DNA of 37,564 nt from a virus (Duplodnaviria; Caudoviricetes). Under the pieces are notes generated by a model that was given only the letters and a program-made list of their open reading frames with translations, was not told the DNA's origin and did no database searches. Location of the stretch: positions 1 to 37,564 of the IMG/VR virus record IMGVR_UViG_3300036783_000187; one strand, given 5' to 3'. The position numbers and the translations under genes were made by a program. This document shows positions 7,898-16,445 of the stretch, one piece after another. The stretch's first letter is position 1, and each line of letters starts with the position of its first letter.

Positions 7898-8371
7898 GTG
7901 GGCCTCGACATGTACCTATTGAGAGTTGAAAAGAATTTCGACCCGACCGACATCGACACCCTGCACGGCGAGTACAAGGAAAAGCCGGCTGAGATGTCCG
8001 CCGATGAGTGGTACGGCAATCGGGACAACTGGAAGGGCAGCAATGAATTGATCTACTGGCGCAAGGCCAATGCGATTCACGGCTGGTTCATCCGCACCTG
8101 CGCGAACGGGGTGGACGACTGCACGCCGGTCCTGGTGCACAGCGAGCAGCTGCCGGAGCTCTACGAGCTGTGCAAGAAGGTACTGGCGAACCACGACCTG
8201 GCGGGGGAGCTGCTGCCGTCCCAGGCCGGATTCTTCTTCGGCCCGACCGACTACGACGAGTGGTATTTCTCCGATCTGGAGCAGACCGTGCAGGACCTGG
8301 AGAAGAACGTGATCAACAATCCGGACCTGCGCACCGGCAAGTACCAGGTGATCTACCGCGCTTCCTGGTAG
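7898..8371 (+). CDS. Widespread conserved phage protein (MGLDMYL...YWRKANAIH family), function unknown
   Basis: GLDMYL, YWRKANAIHGWF, GFFFGPTDYDEWY, YRASW; AAAGGA RBS. Confidence 0.85.
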   Translation: MGLDMYLLRVEKNFDPTDIDTLHGEYKEKPAEMSADEWYGNRDNWKGSNELIYWRKANAIHGWFIRTCANGVDDCTPVLVHSEQLPELYELCKKVLANHDLAGELLPSQAGFFFGPTDYDEWYFSDLEQTVQDLEKNVINNPDLRTGKYQVIYRASW

Positions 8372-8387
8372 CGCGACAATCCACCGA

Positions 8388-8426
8388 AGAACGGCCCCGC
8401 ATCCCTTGGGTGCGGGGCCGTTCTGT
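8388..8426 (+). terminator. Terminator-like hairpin
   Basis: AGAACGGCCCCGCATCC-ctt-GGGTGCGGGGCCGTTCT. Confidence 0.65.
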
Positions 8427-8446
8427 GTCCATCTGAAAGGAAGGCA

Positions 8447-9502
8447 ATGAGCCAACCGCAAGCAAAAGTCAAAGAGCTCGATGAGTTACTGAACAACATC
8501 ACCGTGGCAGAACCAAGCCACTATGCAGCCAGCCACTACGCCAAGAGCCATTACGCCAACACCCCCAGCCATTACGCCGGCATTCCCAGCCATTACGCCG
8601 CAGCCGCCACCGCTCCTAGTCATTACGCTGCTGCTGCTCCCAGCCATTACGCCAAGACCACTGCCGGCCGCCGTCCGAAACCCGGATCGAAGGTCAACAA
8701 GATCTTTGTCCTGCTCCCGCCGCCACGGGAACCGAAGGTCACCGAACAGCTGCTGTGGATGTCGGCCTTCGAATACGAGCGTTGTTTCGAGGGCTGGGAC
8801 TCCGAGGAGATGTGGCGGCCCGGCAACGTCGTCAACTTCGACGACGCCCTGGAGTCCCTGGGCTGGGAGTGCATTGACCCGGACGAGCTGTGCGAGATCC
8901 TGGCCATCACCGTCGAGAAGGAAAGCGACACATTCCATCCCGACGGCTGGGACGACTTCCGCGACGAGTACGACATGCCGATGGAGGAGGCGCTGGCACT
9001 GCGGGCACAGCTGGCCGCCGATCCGGAATGGGTCGGGCAGATCTACAGCAACACCGGCCTGAGCAACTTCTCCCACCTGCTCGGTTTCCCGGCGACCAGA
9101 ACCAGCCTGTTCGCGGTCGCCGATGCGATCGCGAACAAACCGGACGAGGACCTGGGTGGCGCCGCCCTGGATTACCTGGTCTGGCAGGAGCCGCAGCTGT
9201 GCGGCCCCGACGGGGTGAAGCTGGACAAGATCCTGGCCGGACTCCGGGCGGAGTACTGGGTCAGCGTCAACCCGGTGCAGAACTTCCTGCTGCACACCGG
9301 GGACCTGCATCCCGGCACCGTCGGCCAACCGGCCCTCGGCGGCGCTTCACATCGGACGATCTACTCGATGGTCGGCTCCTATGTGATCGATAGGATCGGC
9401 TACCGCAGTGACCTGACCGGCACGGTGGTCGGCGGCTGGCGGTCCTGTTGGCTGCAGGCGTACGAACCACCGGACCCAGAAGCGGAGAGCGGCCGTGGCT
9501 GA
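8447..9502 (+). CDS. SHYA-repeat protein; paralog of the C-terminal part of the head-region protein at 25869-27581
   Basis: AAAGGAAGG RBS; 7 SHYA units followed by an acidic globular domain collinear with 25869-27035. Confidence 0.85.
   Translation: MSQPQAKVKELDELLNNITVAEPSHYAASHYAKSHYANTPSHYAGIPSHYAAAATAPSHYAAAAPSHYAKTTAGRRPKPGSKVNKIFVLLPPPREPKVTEQLLWMSAFEYERCFEGWDSEEMWRPGNVVNFDDALESLGWECIDPDELCEILAITVEKESDTFHPDGWDDFRDEYDMPMEEALALRAQLAADPEWVGQIYSNTGLSNFSHLLGFPATRTSLFAVADAIANKPDEDLGGAALDYLVWQEPQLCGPDGVKLDKILAGLRAEYWVSVNPVQNFLLHTGDLHPGTVGQPALGGASHRTIYSMVGSYVIDRIGYRSDLTGTVVGGWRSCWLQAYEPPDPEAESGRG
8516..8656 (+). repeat. Coding repeat AG(C/T)CA(C/T)TA(C/T)GC (SHYA x7)
   Basis: Directly visible in DNA and in the translation. 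Confidence 0.9.
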
Positions 9503-9650
9503 GATCGAGGACTGGGACGAGAACGACGACGGCGAGGACCCCAGAATCGCCGCCGCCGAGTACGAGCGTCTCGCACCCGAGGTGGAGACCGGGCCCGATT
9601 ACGCCCGCTGGCATTACCCGGATCCGCACTGGCGTGACCCCGAGGAGTGA
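9495..9650 (+). CDS. 51-aa highly acidic protein (not in the ORF track)
   Basis: GGAGAG RBS, GTG start overlapping the upstream stop; MAEIEDWDENDDGEDPRIAAAEYERLAPEVETGPDYARWHYPDPHWRDPEE (18 D/E, 4 R, 0 K). Confidence 0.7.
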   Translation: MAEIEDWDENDDGEDPRIAAAEYERLAPEVETGPDYARWHYPDPHWRDPEE

Positions 9651-9656
9651 GAAGTG

Positions 9657-9685
9657 TTGTGGCACTTGGGGTTTCGTGATACAAT
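9657..9685 (+). promoter_or_regulatory. sigma70/SigA-type promoter
   Basis: TTGTGG-17 nt-TACAAT, intergenic. Confidence 0.7.
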
Positions 9686-9688
9686 GGA

Positions 9689-9787
9689 TGTACCGCTCCT
9701 TATGGAGTCGTGGGCAGTCAGAAGGTAAGGCCTCACCAGCCTGTGCCCCAAGACGTACCCTGCCGGTGAGGATCAAGCGGCGTTACA
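9689..9787 (+). ncRNA. Candidate structured leader or small RNA 2
   Basis: Lies between promoter and terminator; TGTA-CCGCT pairs with AGCGG-cgt-TACA, CCTCACC with GGTGAGG. Confidence 0.4.
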
Positions 9788-9792
9788 CACAG

Positions 9793-9829
9793 AAGGCCCC
9801 CGTGTCGTGGTTCGACACGGGGGCCTTTT
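9793..9829 (+). terminator. Intrinsic terminator upstream of the Mrr-like gene
   Basis: AAGGCCCCCGTGTCG-tggtt-CGACACGGGGGCCTT-TT. Confidence 0.75.
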
Positions 9830-9863
9830 GCATACCCAAAACGCACAGAGACAAGGACCAGAG

Positions 9864-10487
9864 ATGGAAGCACTACTCACCGATAGACCAGTCGAGACAT
9901 GGAAGTTCTCGATACTCCATCCGCCAGGGCGCTACCTGGATAGATCCACCGGGCGATCGATCTACTGGTCTGGCACACCCCGGCAGATCGAAAATTGGGA
10001 ACAGGCTGAAAAGAACGCCGCGGCCTTGATGAACGCTCTGGGTTATGACGCTGAAGTCACTCCACCGGGCGCTGATGAAGGTATCGACGTTCGCTCGACA
10101 AAGGCCTTGGCCCAGGTGAAGTACGAAAAAACGAAGACCAGCAGGCCAGCTCTGCAACAGTTGTACGGTGCTCGCGCCTTCGAACACCAAGGCAATCGGA
10201 AACATACTCCCAAAGAGCTGTGGTGCTTCTCTCTGACCGGGTACACCAAAACAGCCTTGGAGTATGCCAACCGAAATTCGATTCTGCTGTTCACCTACGC
10301 GCTAAACGGTGAACCCACCCCCGTGAACAAGATCGCCAGAGATACGTTCACTCGGCTCTTGGAAGAGCGAGCCCGACGGCTCGACAAGCGGAGAGCTTTC
10401 ACGCAGTCGCTGTACGTGCGGGCCAGGGTGGCATCCTCCGGCCAAGCACCAGAGCTGATCATTTATGGCGACGAGGTGGCAATCTAG
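9864..10487 (+). CDS. Mrr-like (Mrr_cat, PD-(D/E)xK) restriction endonuclease
   Basis: AE..AA..M..LGY, GADEGIDV, AQVK, LQQLYG and FSLTGYT..A..YA motifs; visibly lower GC than its flanks. Confidence 0.8.
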   Translation: MEALLTDRPVETWKFSILHPPGRYLDRSTGRSIYWSGTPRQIENWEQAEKNAAALMNALGYDAEVTPPGADEGIDVRSTKALAQVKYEKTKTSRPALQQLYGARAFEHQGNRKHTPKELWCFSLTGYTKTALEYANRNSILLFTYALNGEPTPVNKIARDTFTRLLEERARRLDKRRAFTQSLYVRARVASSGQAPELIIYGDEVAI

Positions 10488-10489
10488 GA

Positions 10490-10540
10490 CCAGGTATCGG
10501 GCCGTCCCTTCGGGGGCGGCCCGGTACCTGGCCTTTTTTT
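10490..10540. terminator. Terminator between the convergent early arm and virion operon
   Basis: CCAGGTATCGGGCCGTCCC-TTCG-GGGGCGGCCCGGTACCTGG followed by a T-run. Confidence 0.85.
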
Positions 10541-10558
10541 GTGCCCAAAATCGGCCGA

Positions 10559-13500
10559 TCAGTGCCGAACAGGGCTCGCCAGCCGAGCCAGTTTGGCCTT
10601 GCCCGCCAGTTCTTTCGCCATCTGGTTCGGGTCCTGGGCCACCACCTGGATCTCGGCGCCGGCGAAGCTGATCGAGTTGTCGTGGGTCGTCGACGCGGCC
10701 GTGGCCGGAACCCCGGCGATCGCCTGGGTGATGCCGCCGGCCAGCGACTTGGCGATCAGCCCGGTCAGGAAGTTCTCACCGCGGCTGTTCAGCGGCAGGT
10801 GCAGCTCCGGGCCGTGCTCGGACACCACCGCCTGCTGTTGGGTCAGCGAGATACCGCCGAACGCGAAAGGCCGGGATCCCTGCGAGAGCCCGTAATTCGG
10901 CCCGAGTGTGCCCGTTCCCGGTGCCAGGGCTCCGGTATTCGGATGTCCCGGTGGTGGTGTGTTTGGAACATGTGCCGGGTGGGGGGTCTGCGGGATCCCG
11001 TAGTTCGGCCCGAGAGTCCCTGGCGCTCCCGGGGTGGGTGACCCGGTGAGCTTGAGAAAATTCGGCAAGGGGGGCAGGGCCTTGAAAGCGGCCTGGATCT
11101 CGGCCCCCGCCTTGATGATGATGGCCGTCGCTGCCGGCGCATATTTCTTGAGGCCCCCCAGGGCCAGGTCGGACAGCTGGGTCATGACGGTGCCGAAACC
11201 ACCGGTGTACTGCGTCAGTGAGGTCACCAGGTCCTCGGCGGCCTGGTGCTGTGCGGTCTTCAGATCCAGGGCCATGTCGGCCAGCGCCTGCTTGTGCGCG
11301 GCGACGGCATGATCCCGGGTCTTGGTGAAGTCGGCGTCCATGTTCGCCAGGGTGGTGTCCTGATCCTCCTTGGCCTGCTTCTGGCTCAGGGCGAAATCCT
11401 CGCCCATGTGCTTGAGGCTCAGCGCCTGCGCGTCGGCCGCCCGCTTCTGGGTCTTCTCGTTGTCGGTGGCCATGTGCGACATGGTCTTTGCCTGGTCCTG
11501 CGCAGCCTGGGCCTGGGTCCGGGAGAAGTCCTCGGACATGTGCTTCATGGTCTTGCTCTGGTCCTGCGCGGCCCGCTTCTGGCTCTTGGAGAAGTCCTCC
11601 GAGCTCCTGGTCATCTGCTGGGAGAAGTCCTGCTCCCCGCGCCGGAAGGACTGGTTCAGTGACGGGTCCTGGGTCAGCGCCCTGGTACTCGTGGCCCGGG
11701 TGGCCACCTGGGCGTTGATCTGCTTGGCCTTTGCCGGGTCGAGACCTATCGAGGTGGTCAGCGAGTCGACCTCCTGGGCCTGGCTGGCATCGCCCAGGTT
11801 CAGCGTGTCGATAGTCTGCTGCGAGATGCCTTGGGCCTTGAGCCTTTTGAGCTCCTTCGTCTGTCGTGCGATGTCGGCGTTCTGCTCCTGCAGGTTGTAG
11901 ACCAGGGTGCCGGCATCGGTGGTGGCCTTGGCCTGGGTCCGGGCGAACGGGTCGTAGATGGTCTTCGCCGCGTCCTCCGCCTGCCGCTGCAGGTCCCGCA
12001 GATGGTCCGCGGTGGTCCGGGTGGCGTTGGTCTGGTAGTCCTCCTGTGCCCGCAGGGACTGCAGCTGGAAGTCCTGCTGGGCCCGCAGCACCTGGATGTT
12101 GTTGTTCTGCTCGGCCCGCAGCCGCTGCACGCCGTAGTCCTCATTGGCGCGCTGGCGCTGGATGTTGTAATCCTCGGTGGCCTGGGTCTGCTGGATCCCG
12201 AAGGCCTCGTTGGACCGGGCGATGTTGATCGTGTTCGCCAGCGCGGCACGGTCCTGAGAACGCCTGAAGCCGAACTGGGAACGCCCGCGCTGGATGCCGT
12301 AGTCCTGGGCGGCGTACCCCTGCTGCAGCGTGAAGTCGCGATTGCTCCTGCCGACCTGCAGCGTATTGGCCTGGACCTGCCGCTCCTGGCCGGTGATGAA
12401 CCCCTTGACCGTCTGGATCTGGCCGATCATGGTCTGCCGGAGGGTCTCGCGGGCGTCCTCACCGCCCGCGATCTTGGCCTTGGCCAAGTCGAGGGTGGCC
12501 CCGCTGGCACCGCGGTTGATCATCTCCTGGCCGGCCTGAGCTCCCTGCTGGGCCATTACGAACTGGCCCTCGCGGCTCATGGTGGCGGCCTTGAGATCCT
12601 GTACCCGCTGCGTCAGCGTGACGGCCTGGGCGCTGATCGCACCCAGCGGGTTGCTGATTCCACCCATGTTGTCGGAGAAGACCTGCAGGTTCTTGCCCGC
12701 GGTGACCAGGTTGCCGCTGGTCTGCTTGGTGGCCTGGTCGGCCAGTGCCTGCGCGGCCCGGTACTGGGCCGCCGGGTCGCCCACGTCGCCGCCGGTCACC
12801 GCCGCCTGGATGTTCTTGTTGCCTGCCGTCCACTGGCCCAGCGGTCCCTTGGTGCGTTCGAGGTCCTGCTCGGTGGTCGTGGTGTTCTGGGTCGTCGGCA
12901 GTGCGCCCGGGTTCACTATTCCCGCCATCAGTTGTTGCGGGGTGAGCCCGTAGGACGACATCAGGCTTTTGCCGCTCGTGGTGTTGGCGAAGGCCATGGC
13001 GTAGACCTGCTGGACGTCAGCTTCGTTGCGATAGGTCGAATCGACAAGGGCAGCCCCGGACGCGCCACGGGGAACCTTGAGGCCTTGTCGGTAGATACGA
13101 GTGCCCAGTTTTGTCTCGGCGTCAGCCTTGGCCTTCTCCCATTCCTTCGGGTCCACTTTGAGCGATTGCTGCAGGTCCTGGCCGAAGGCCTCTTCCCGTG
13201 ACCGCTGTGCCGCTAGATCTAATTTCTCGGCCTTGCCACCGGCGAAGGTGGCACCCATGGACAACAGGTTCATGATGTTCGCCTTGGCCCCGGGGGCCTT
13301 GAAGTCCTGTGTGTCAGCTTTCAGTGCACTCACACCGGTGCCGAAGATGTTCTTGGCTTCTTCGATGTTGCCCGGGGCAAACCCGGCAGTCCTGGCCAGC
13401 GTGGCGATCGCCTTGAAGTCGGGGGGAGCCAGCACCGCACCTTTTTTGAGAGTGTCCCGTTGACCGAAGGCGGTCATGATCGCACTGGTCTGGTCCGACC

Positions 13501-16060
13501 CGGCCTGGTCGTAACCGATCGAGGCCAGGACGTCCTGCCTCATCTTGACGAACCTGTCGCCCGTGGGTATGCCCTCGGCCGACTGGGTGTCCAGGTAATT
13601 GCCCACGGCCGCCTCGACGATGCCCGCACCGCTGCCGGGCTTCTTCTTCTCCGCCGCCGCGGCGTTCGCCTTCGCCTGGTTGACCACCGAGGTCAACTTG
13701 GCGTCGGTGACCTTGTAGTCCTTGTTGGATACCGCAGTGACGTCCTCCGGTTGCACCGTGCCCAGTTGGTTGATCGGGGTGTTGGCGAACTGGTCCAGCC
13801 GCTTGGCCGCGGACTCGAGGGAATCCCCGAAATTGGCCAGGTGTGTCGAGGTCTTGTCCAGTGCCTGGTCGTACGGGGTGGCCCCGGACAGTGCCGTGCT
13901 CGTGTCCAGCCGCTTGGCCTCGGCATCATGCGACTTCTGGATCAAGCTGCCGATCAGCGGTATCGCGATCATCGAACCGATCATGACGAGCGGATTGGAG
14001 ACGAAACCGCCGACCGCACCCATGGCCCGGGCGCCCAGGCCGGCCGTCTTCTCCACCGCCTGGGCACCTGCCGCCACCACCGGTGCCACTGCGGGCTGGA
14101 TCGGCGGTGGTGCGGGCACGCCCATCTTCGAGGCGAACCTGCCGATACCGGAACCCATGATCTTGGCGTTGGCGGCATCGGCCGCCTTGGCCGCGGTGTT
14201 GGCGGCGGCGGTGGCTGTCGCCTTGGCTGTCATGCCGATCGCCGTGGCGGTCATGCTGGCCCCGGCCGCCACCGATGAACTGACCAGTGCTCCGGCCTCG
14301 GCGGCCACCCCGCGCATATTGGTACCGGTCCGCACGGACTCGATGAACCCGCCGAGCCGGGGTTTGGCACCCGGGATGTTGGCGACCTTCTCGTCGCCCA
14401 CCAGTCCCTGCTCCCGGTTGATGTCGGTCTGGCTGCCCATAATCCACCGGGCACCGCCCAGTGTTCCGGCCCACGCCTTGCCGAACCCGGTGCGGGCCAT
14501 CTGCACCGGGGTGGGGGTCACCGGACCGCCGTACGCCGCCCTGGCCGCCAGGGCCGCCCCCCGATCCATGCCCATCTGGTACGGGATCCTGGTCCGGAGG
14601 TTCGCCTCCTGGTTCAGCACCCGGGTGCCGGACTTGGTCATCAGCATGGCCTCGTCGGCATCCATGCCAGCGGCGATGTTCTGCCCGGCTTCCACGCCCG
14701 CGGCGTGAGCGACCCGTGGCATGCTGCCCTTGCCGACCGCCCCCTTGATCAGGGACATGGTGGCAATTCGGCCCATGTTGGCGACGGCCAGCCCGATCGG
14801 GAGCGCCAGGGCGCCGGCGAAGGCTGCCATCCAGCCGGGTATCGGCCCCATCGCCGCGATGATCTTGTTGAGGGTCTCCATCAGCTTGCCGAAGGCCTTG
14901 ACCGCATCGGTGAGCGGCCCGAGGAACGGCTGCCCGATCATCTCGCCGAGCTTGGTGAACTCGTTCATCACCATGGTGATCGAGTTGGTCAGCCCGGAGA
15001 AGGCGGCCTGCGAGGCGTTGTCCAGGTTCTTGCTGTCGTGGCTGGCATCCTGGGCCTGGCTGATATACGGCTGCAGGCCACCACCCTGGCCGATGGCCGT
15101 ATAGGTCCTGAGGGCACGGGTGGAGTACCCCTGACTTTCCAGGAAGTTGCTGGCCCGCTGGTCGCCCTTGGCCAGCTGGTCAAACAGCTGGGTGGTCTGC
15201 TGGGTCCCACCCTCGCCTCGGAACTGCTCGACCCCCTTCCCGACGAAGTTGGCGTACTTCACCAGATCCGGGCTACCGGTCTGGGACAGCTTGGTCATGT
15301 CGGCGAGCAGCGAGTTGAAGGTGTTCGCCGCCAGGGCGCCGTCGGAACCGGTCTTGGCGAACGCCGTCGCGATACCCATGACCGCGGCCTCGCCGATCCC
15401 GGCCGCCCGGGCCATGGGCGCGATCGCCGAGGAGAAGTCCTGCACACTGCTGACCGCGACACCGTTGTTCTTGCTGACGGTGAGCAGGGCATTGTTGTAC
15501 TTGTCGATCATGGACGGATCGAGGTTGCCCATCTGCCGGTTCAGCTGCAGTCCACCGCTGGCCAGTTGGTTCGGATCCTCACCGGCGGCCGCACCGAGCT
15601 TGGTGTAGGAACTGGTCGCTATCCCAACGGTTTTCGGTGCAACGACACCCAGATTGGTGACGGTGCCCATGAGCTGGACCAGGTCGCTCCGGGCCACCGG
15701 GAACGAGCTGAACGCATTGTCCAGCTGGCGCTTCATCTCGCCCATCGAGGCGCCGGTCACCGTGGTGGTGGCCCGCAGGGTGCCCAGCTGCTTCTCCAGG
15801 CTGGCGGCGTCGGCGACGGCGCCACTGATCGCGGCGCCGGTCCCGAAACTGAAATGGAGCAACTGCCGCCCGGCGAACTTGGCCAGTCCGCCCATGCTGC
15901 TGGCCAGCCTGTCGACACCGGTGGCCAGCCCCATGGTCGCCTGCTGAGCGGCGGTGACCTGGGCGGTGTACCCGGAGACGTCGGCGTTGAGGTTGACCTG
16001 GACGTCGCGGGTGTCGTCCGCCTGCTGCGGCATGCCGCCCGGATCTGCGAAGGAGGTCAT
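10559..16060 (-). CDS. Tape measure protein
   Basis: 1833 aa, Ala/Gly-rich; N-terminal VQVNLNADVSGY; TP901-like core; 11-residue periodic aromatic repeats; C-terminal FAFGG..V.E.GPE; follows the tail chaperones. Confidence 0.92.
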   Translation of the reverse strand: MTSFADPGGMPQQADDTRDVQVNLNADVSGYTAQVTAAQQATMGLATGVDRLASSMGGLAKFAGRQLLHFSFGTGAAISGAVADAASLEKQLGTLRATTTVTGASMGEMKRQLDNAFSSFPVARSDLVQLMGTVTNLGVVAPKTVGIATSSYTKLGAAAGEDPNQLASGGLQLNRQMGNLDPSMIDKYNNALLTVSKNNGVAVSSVQDFSSAIAPMARAAGIGEAAVMGIATAFAKTGSDGALAANTFNSLLADMTKLSQTGSPDLVKYANFVGKGVEQFRGEGGTQQTTQLFDQLAKGDQRASNFLESQGYSTRALRTYTAIGQGGGLQPYISQAQDASHDSKNLDNASQAAFSGLTNSITMVMNEFTKLGEMIGQPFLGPLTDAVKAFGKLMETLNKIIAAMGPIPGWMAAFAGALALPIGLAVANMGRIATMSLIKGAVGKGSMPRVAHAAGVEAGQNIAAGMDADEAMLMTKSGTRVLNQEANLRTRIPYQMGMDRGAALAARAAYGGPVTPTPVQMARTGFGKAWAGTLGGARWIMGSQTDINREQGLVGDEKVANIPGAKPRLGGFIESVRTGTNMRGVAAEAGALVSSSVAAGASMTATAIGMTAKATATAAANTAAKAADAANAKIMGSGIGRFASKMGVPAPPPIQPAVAPVVAAGAQAVEKTAGLGARAMGAVGGFVSNPLVMIGSMIAIPLIGSLIQKSHDAEAKRLDTSTALSGATPYDQALDKTSTHLANFGDSLESAAKRLDQFANTPINQLGTVQPEDVTAVSNKDYKVTDAKLTSVVNQAKANAAAAEKKKPGSGAGIVEAAVGNYLDTQSAEGIPTGDRFVKMRQDVLASIGYDQAGSDQTSAIMTAFGQRDTLKKGAVLAPPDFKAIATLARTAGFAPGNIEEAKNIFGTGVSALKADTQDFKAPGAKANIMNLLSMGATFAGGKAEKLDLAAQRSREEAFGQDLQQSLKVDPKEWEKAKADAETKLGTRIYRQGLKVPRGASGAALVDSTYRNEADVQQVYAMAFANTTSGKSLMSSYGLTPQQLMAGIVNPGALPTTQNTTTTEQDLERTKGPLGQWTAGNKNIQAAVTGGDVGDPAAQYRAAQALADQATKQTSGNLVTAGKNLQVFSDNMGGISNPLGAISAQAVTLTQRVQDLKAATMSREGQFVMAQQGAQAGQEMINRGASGATLDLAKAKIAGGEDARETLRQTMIGQIQTVKGFITGQERQVQANTLQVGRSNRDFTLQQGYAAQDYGIQRGRSQFGFRRSQDRAALANTINIARSNEAFGIQQTQATEDYNIQRQRANEDYGVQRLRAEQNNNIQVLRAQQDFQLQSLRAQEDYQTNATRTTADHLRDLQRQAEDAAKTIYDPFARTQAKATTDAGTLVYNLQEQNADIARQTKELKRLKAQGISQQTIDTLNLGDASQAQEVDSLTTSIGLDPAKAKQINAQVATRATSTRALTQDPSLNQSFRRGEQDFSQQMTRSSEDFSKSQKRAAQDQSKTMKHMSEDFSRTQAQAAQDQAKTMSHMATDNEKTQKRAADAQALSLKHMGEDFALSQKQAKEDQDTTLANMDADFTKTRDHAVAAHKQALADMALDLKTAQHQAAEDLVTSLTQYTGGFGTVMTQLSDLALGGLKKYAPAATAIIIKAGAEIQAAFKALPPLPNFLKLTGSPTPGAPGTLGPNYGIPQTPHPAHVPNTPPPGHPNTGALAPGTGTLGPNYGLSQGSRPFAFGGISLTQQQAVVSEHGPELHLPLNSRGENFLTGLIAKSLAGGITQAIAGVPATAASTTHDNSISFAGAEIQVVAQDPNQMAKELAGKAKLARLASPVRH

Positions 16061-16445
16061 CCCCGGTCCCGCCTCATCCGCTTGGTGCTGACCCGCCGCC
16101 TGGCGGTGTCCAGGCTGGTGTCGTTCGGCACCAGCTCGACGGTGATGCCGTCGGTGTTACGGCCCGCATCCAGCTGACGCATCGAGGCCTTGGCGTAGCA
16201 GCCGGGACAGAACACCTCGACCGCCTCGTAGGCGGCCCGCTTGCCGCCCTGCTTCGGGTCCCATTCCCATTGCGAGGTACCGCACATGACGCAGTGCTCG
16301 TTCTTCACGATCGCGAACGCCAGCATTTTGATCTGGTCGACCGGATCCCAGGCCAGGAACTGTGAATGCGGAATGCCATGCTCGTTGCAGAACTGAAGCT
16401 CGAAGAAGAATTTCGAGTCCGCCCTCAGCCTGCGTAGATAGGGAG
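16057..16445 (-). CDS. Tail assembly chaperone, -1 frameshift extension (gpGT-like)
   Basis: The -1 frame stays open through the chaperone stop to the TMP start (ATGA overlap): ELQFCNEHGIPHSQFL.W...CVMCGT...CPGC. Confidence 0.7.

Noticed and set aside
8516-8656. Short DNA repeats as a CRISPR array or DGR template/variable pair with 26715-26877
   Set aside because: In-frame coding repeats with synonymous variation; no spacers, cas genes or reverse transcriptase, and no adenine-specific differences
9801-9820. GGTTCGA resembling a tRNA T-loop
   Set aside because: It lies in the terminator hairpin and no cloverleaf can be built around it
9807-9863. Upstream GTG start for the Mrr-like ORF
   Set aside because: It lies inside the terminator hairpin; the ATG at 9864 has an AAGGA RBS
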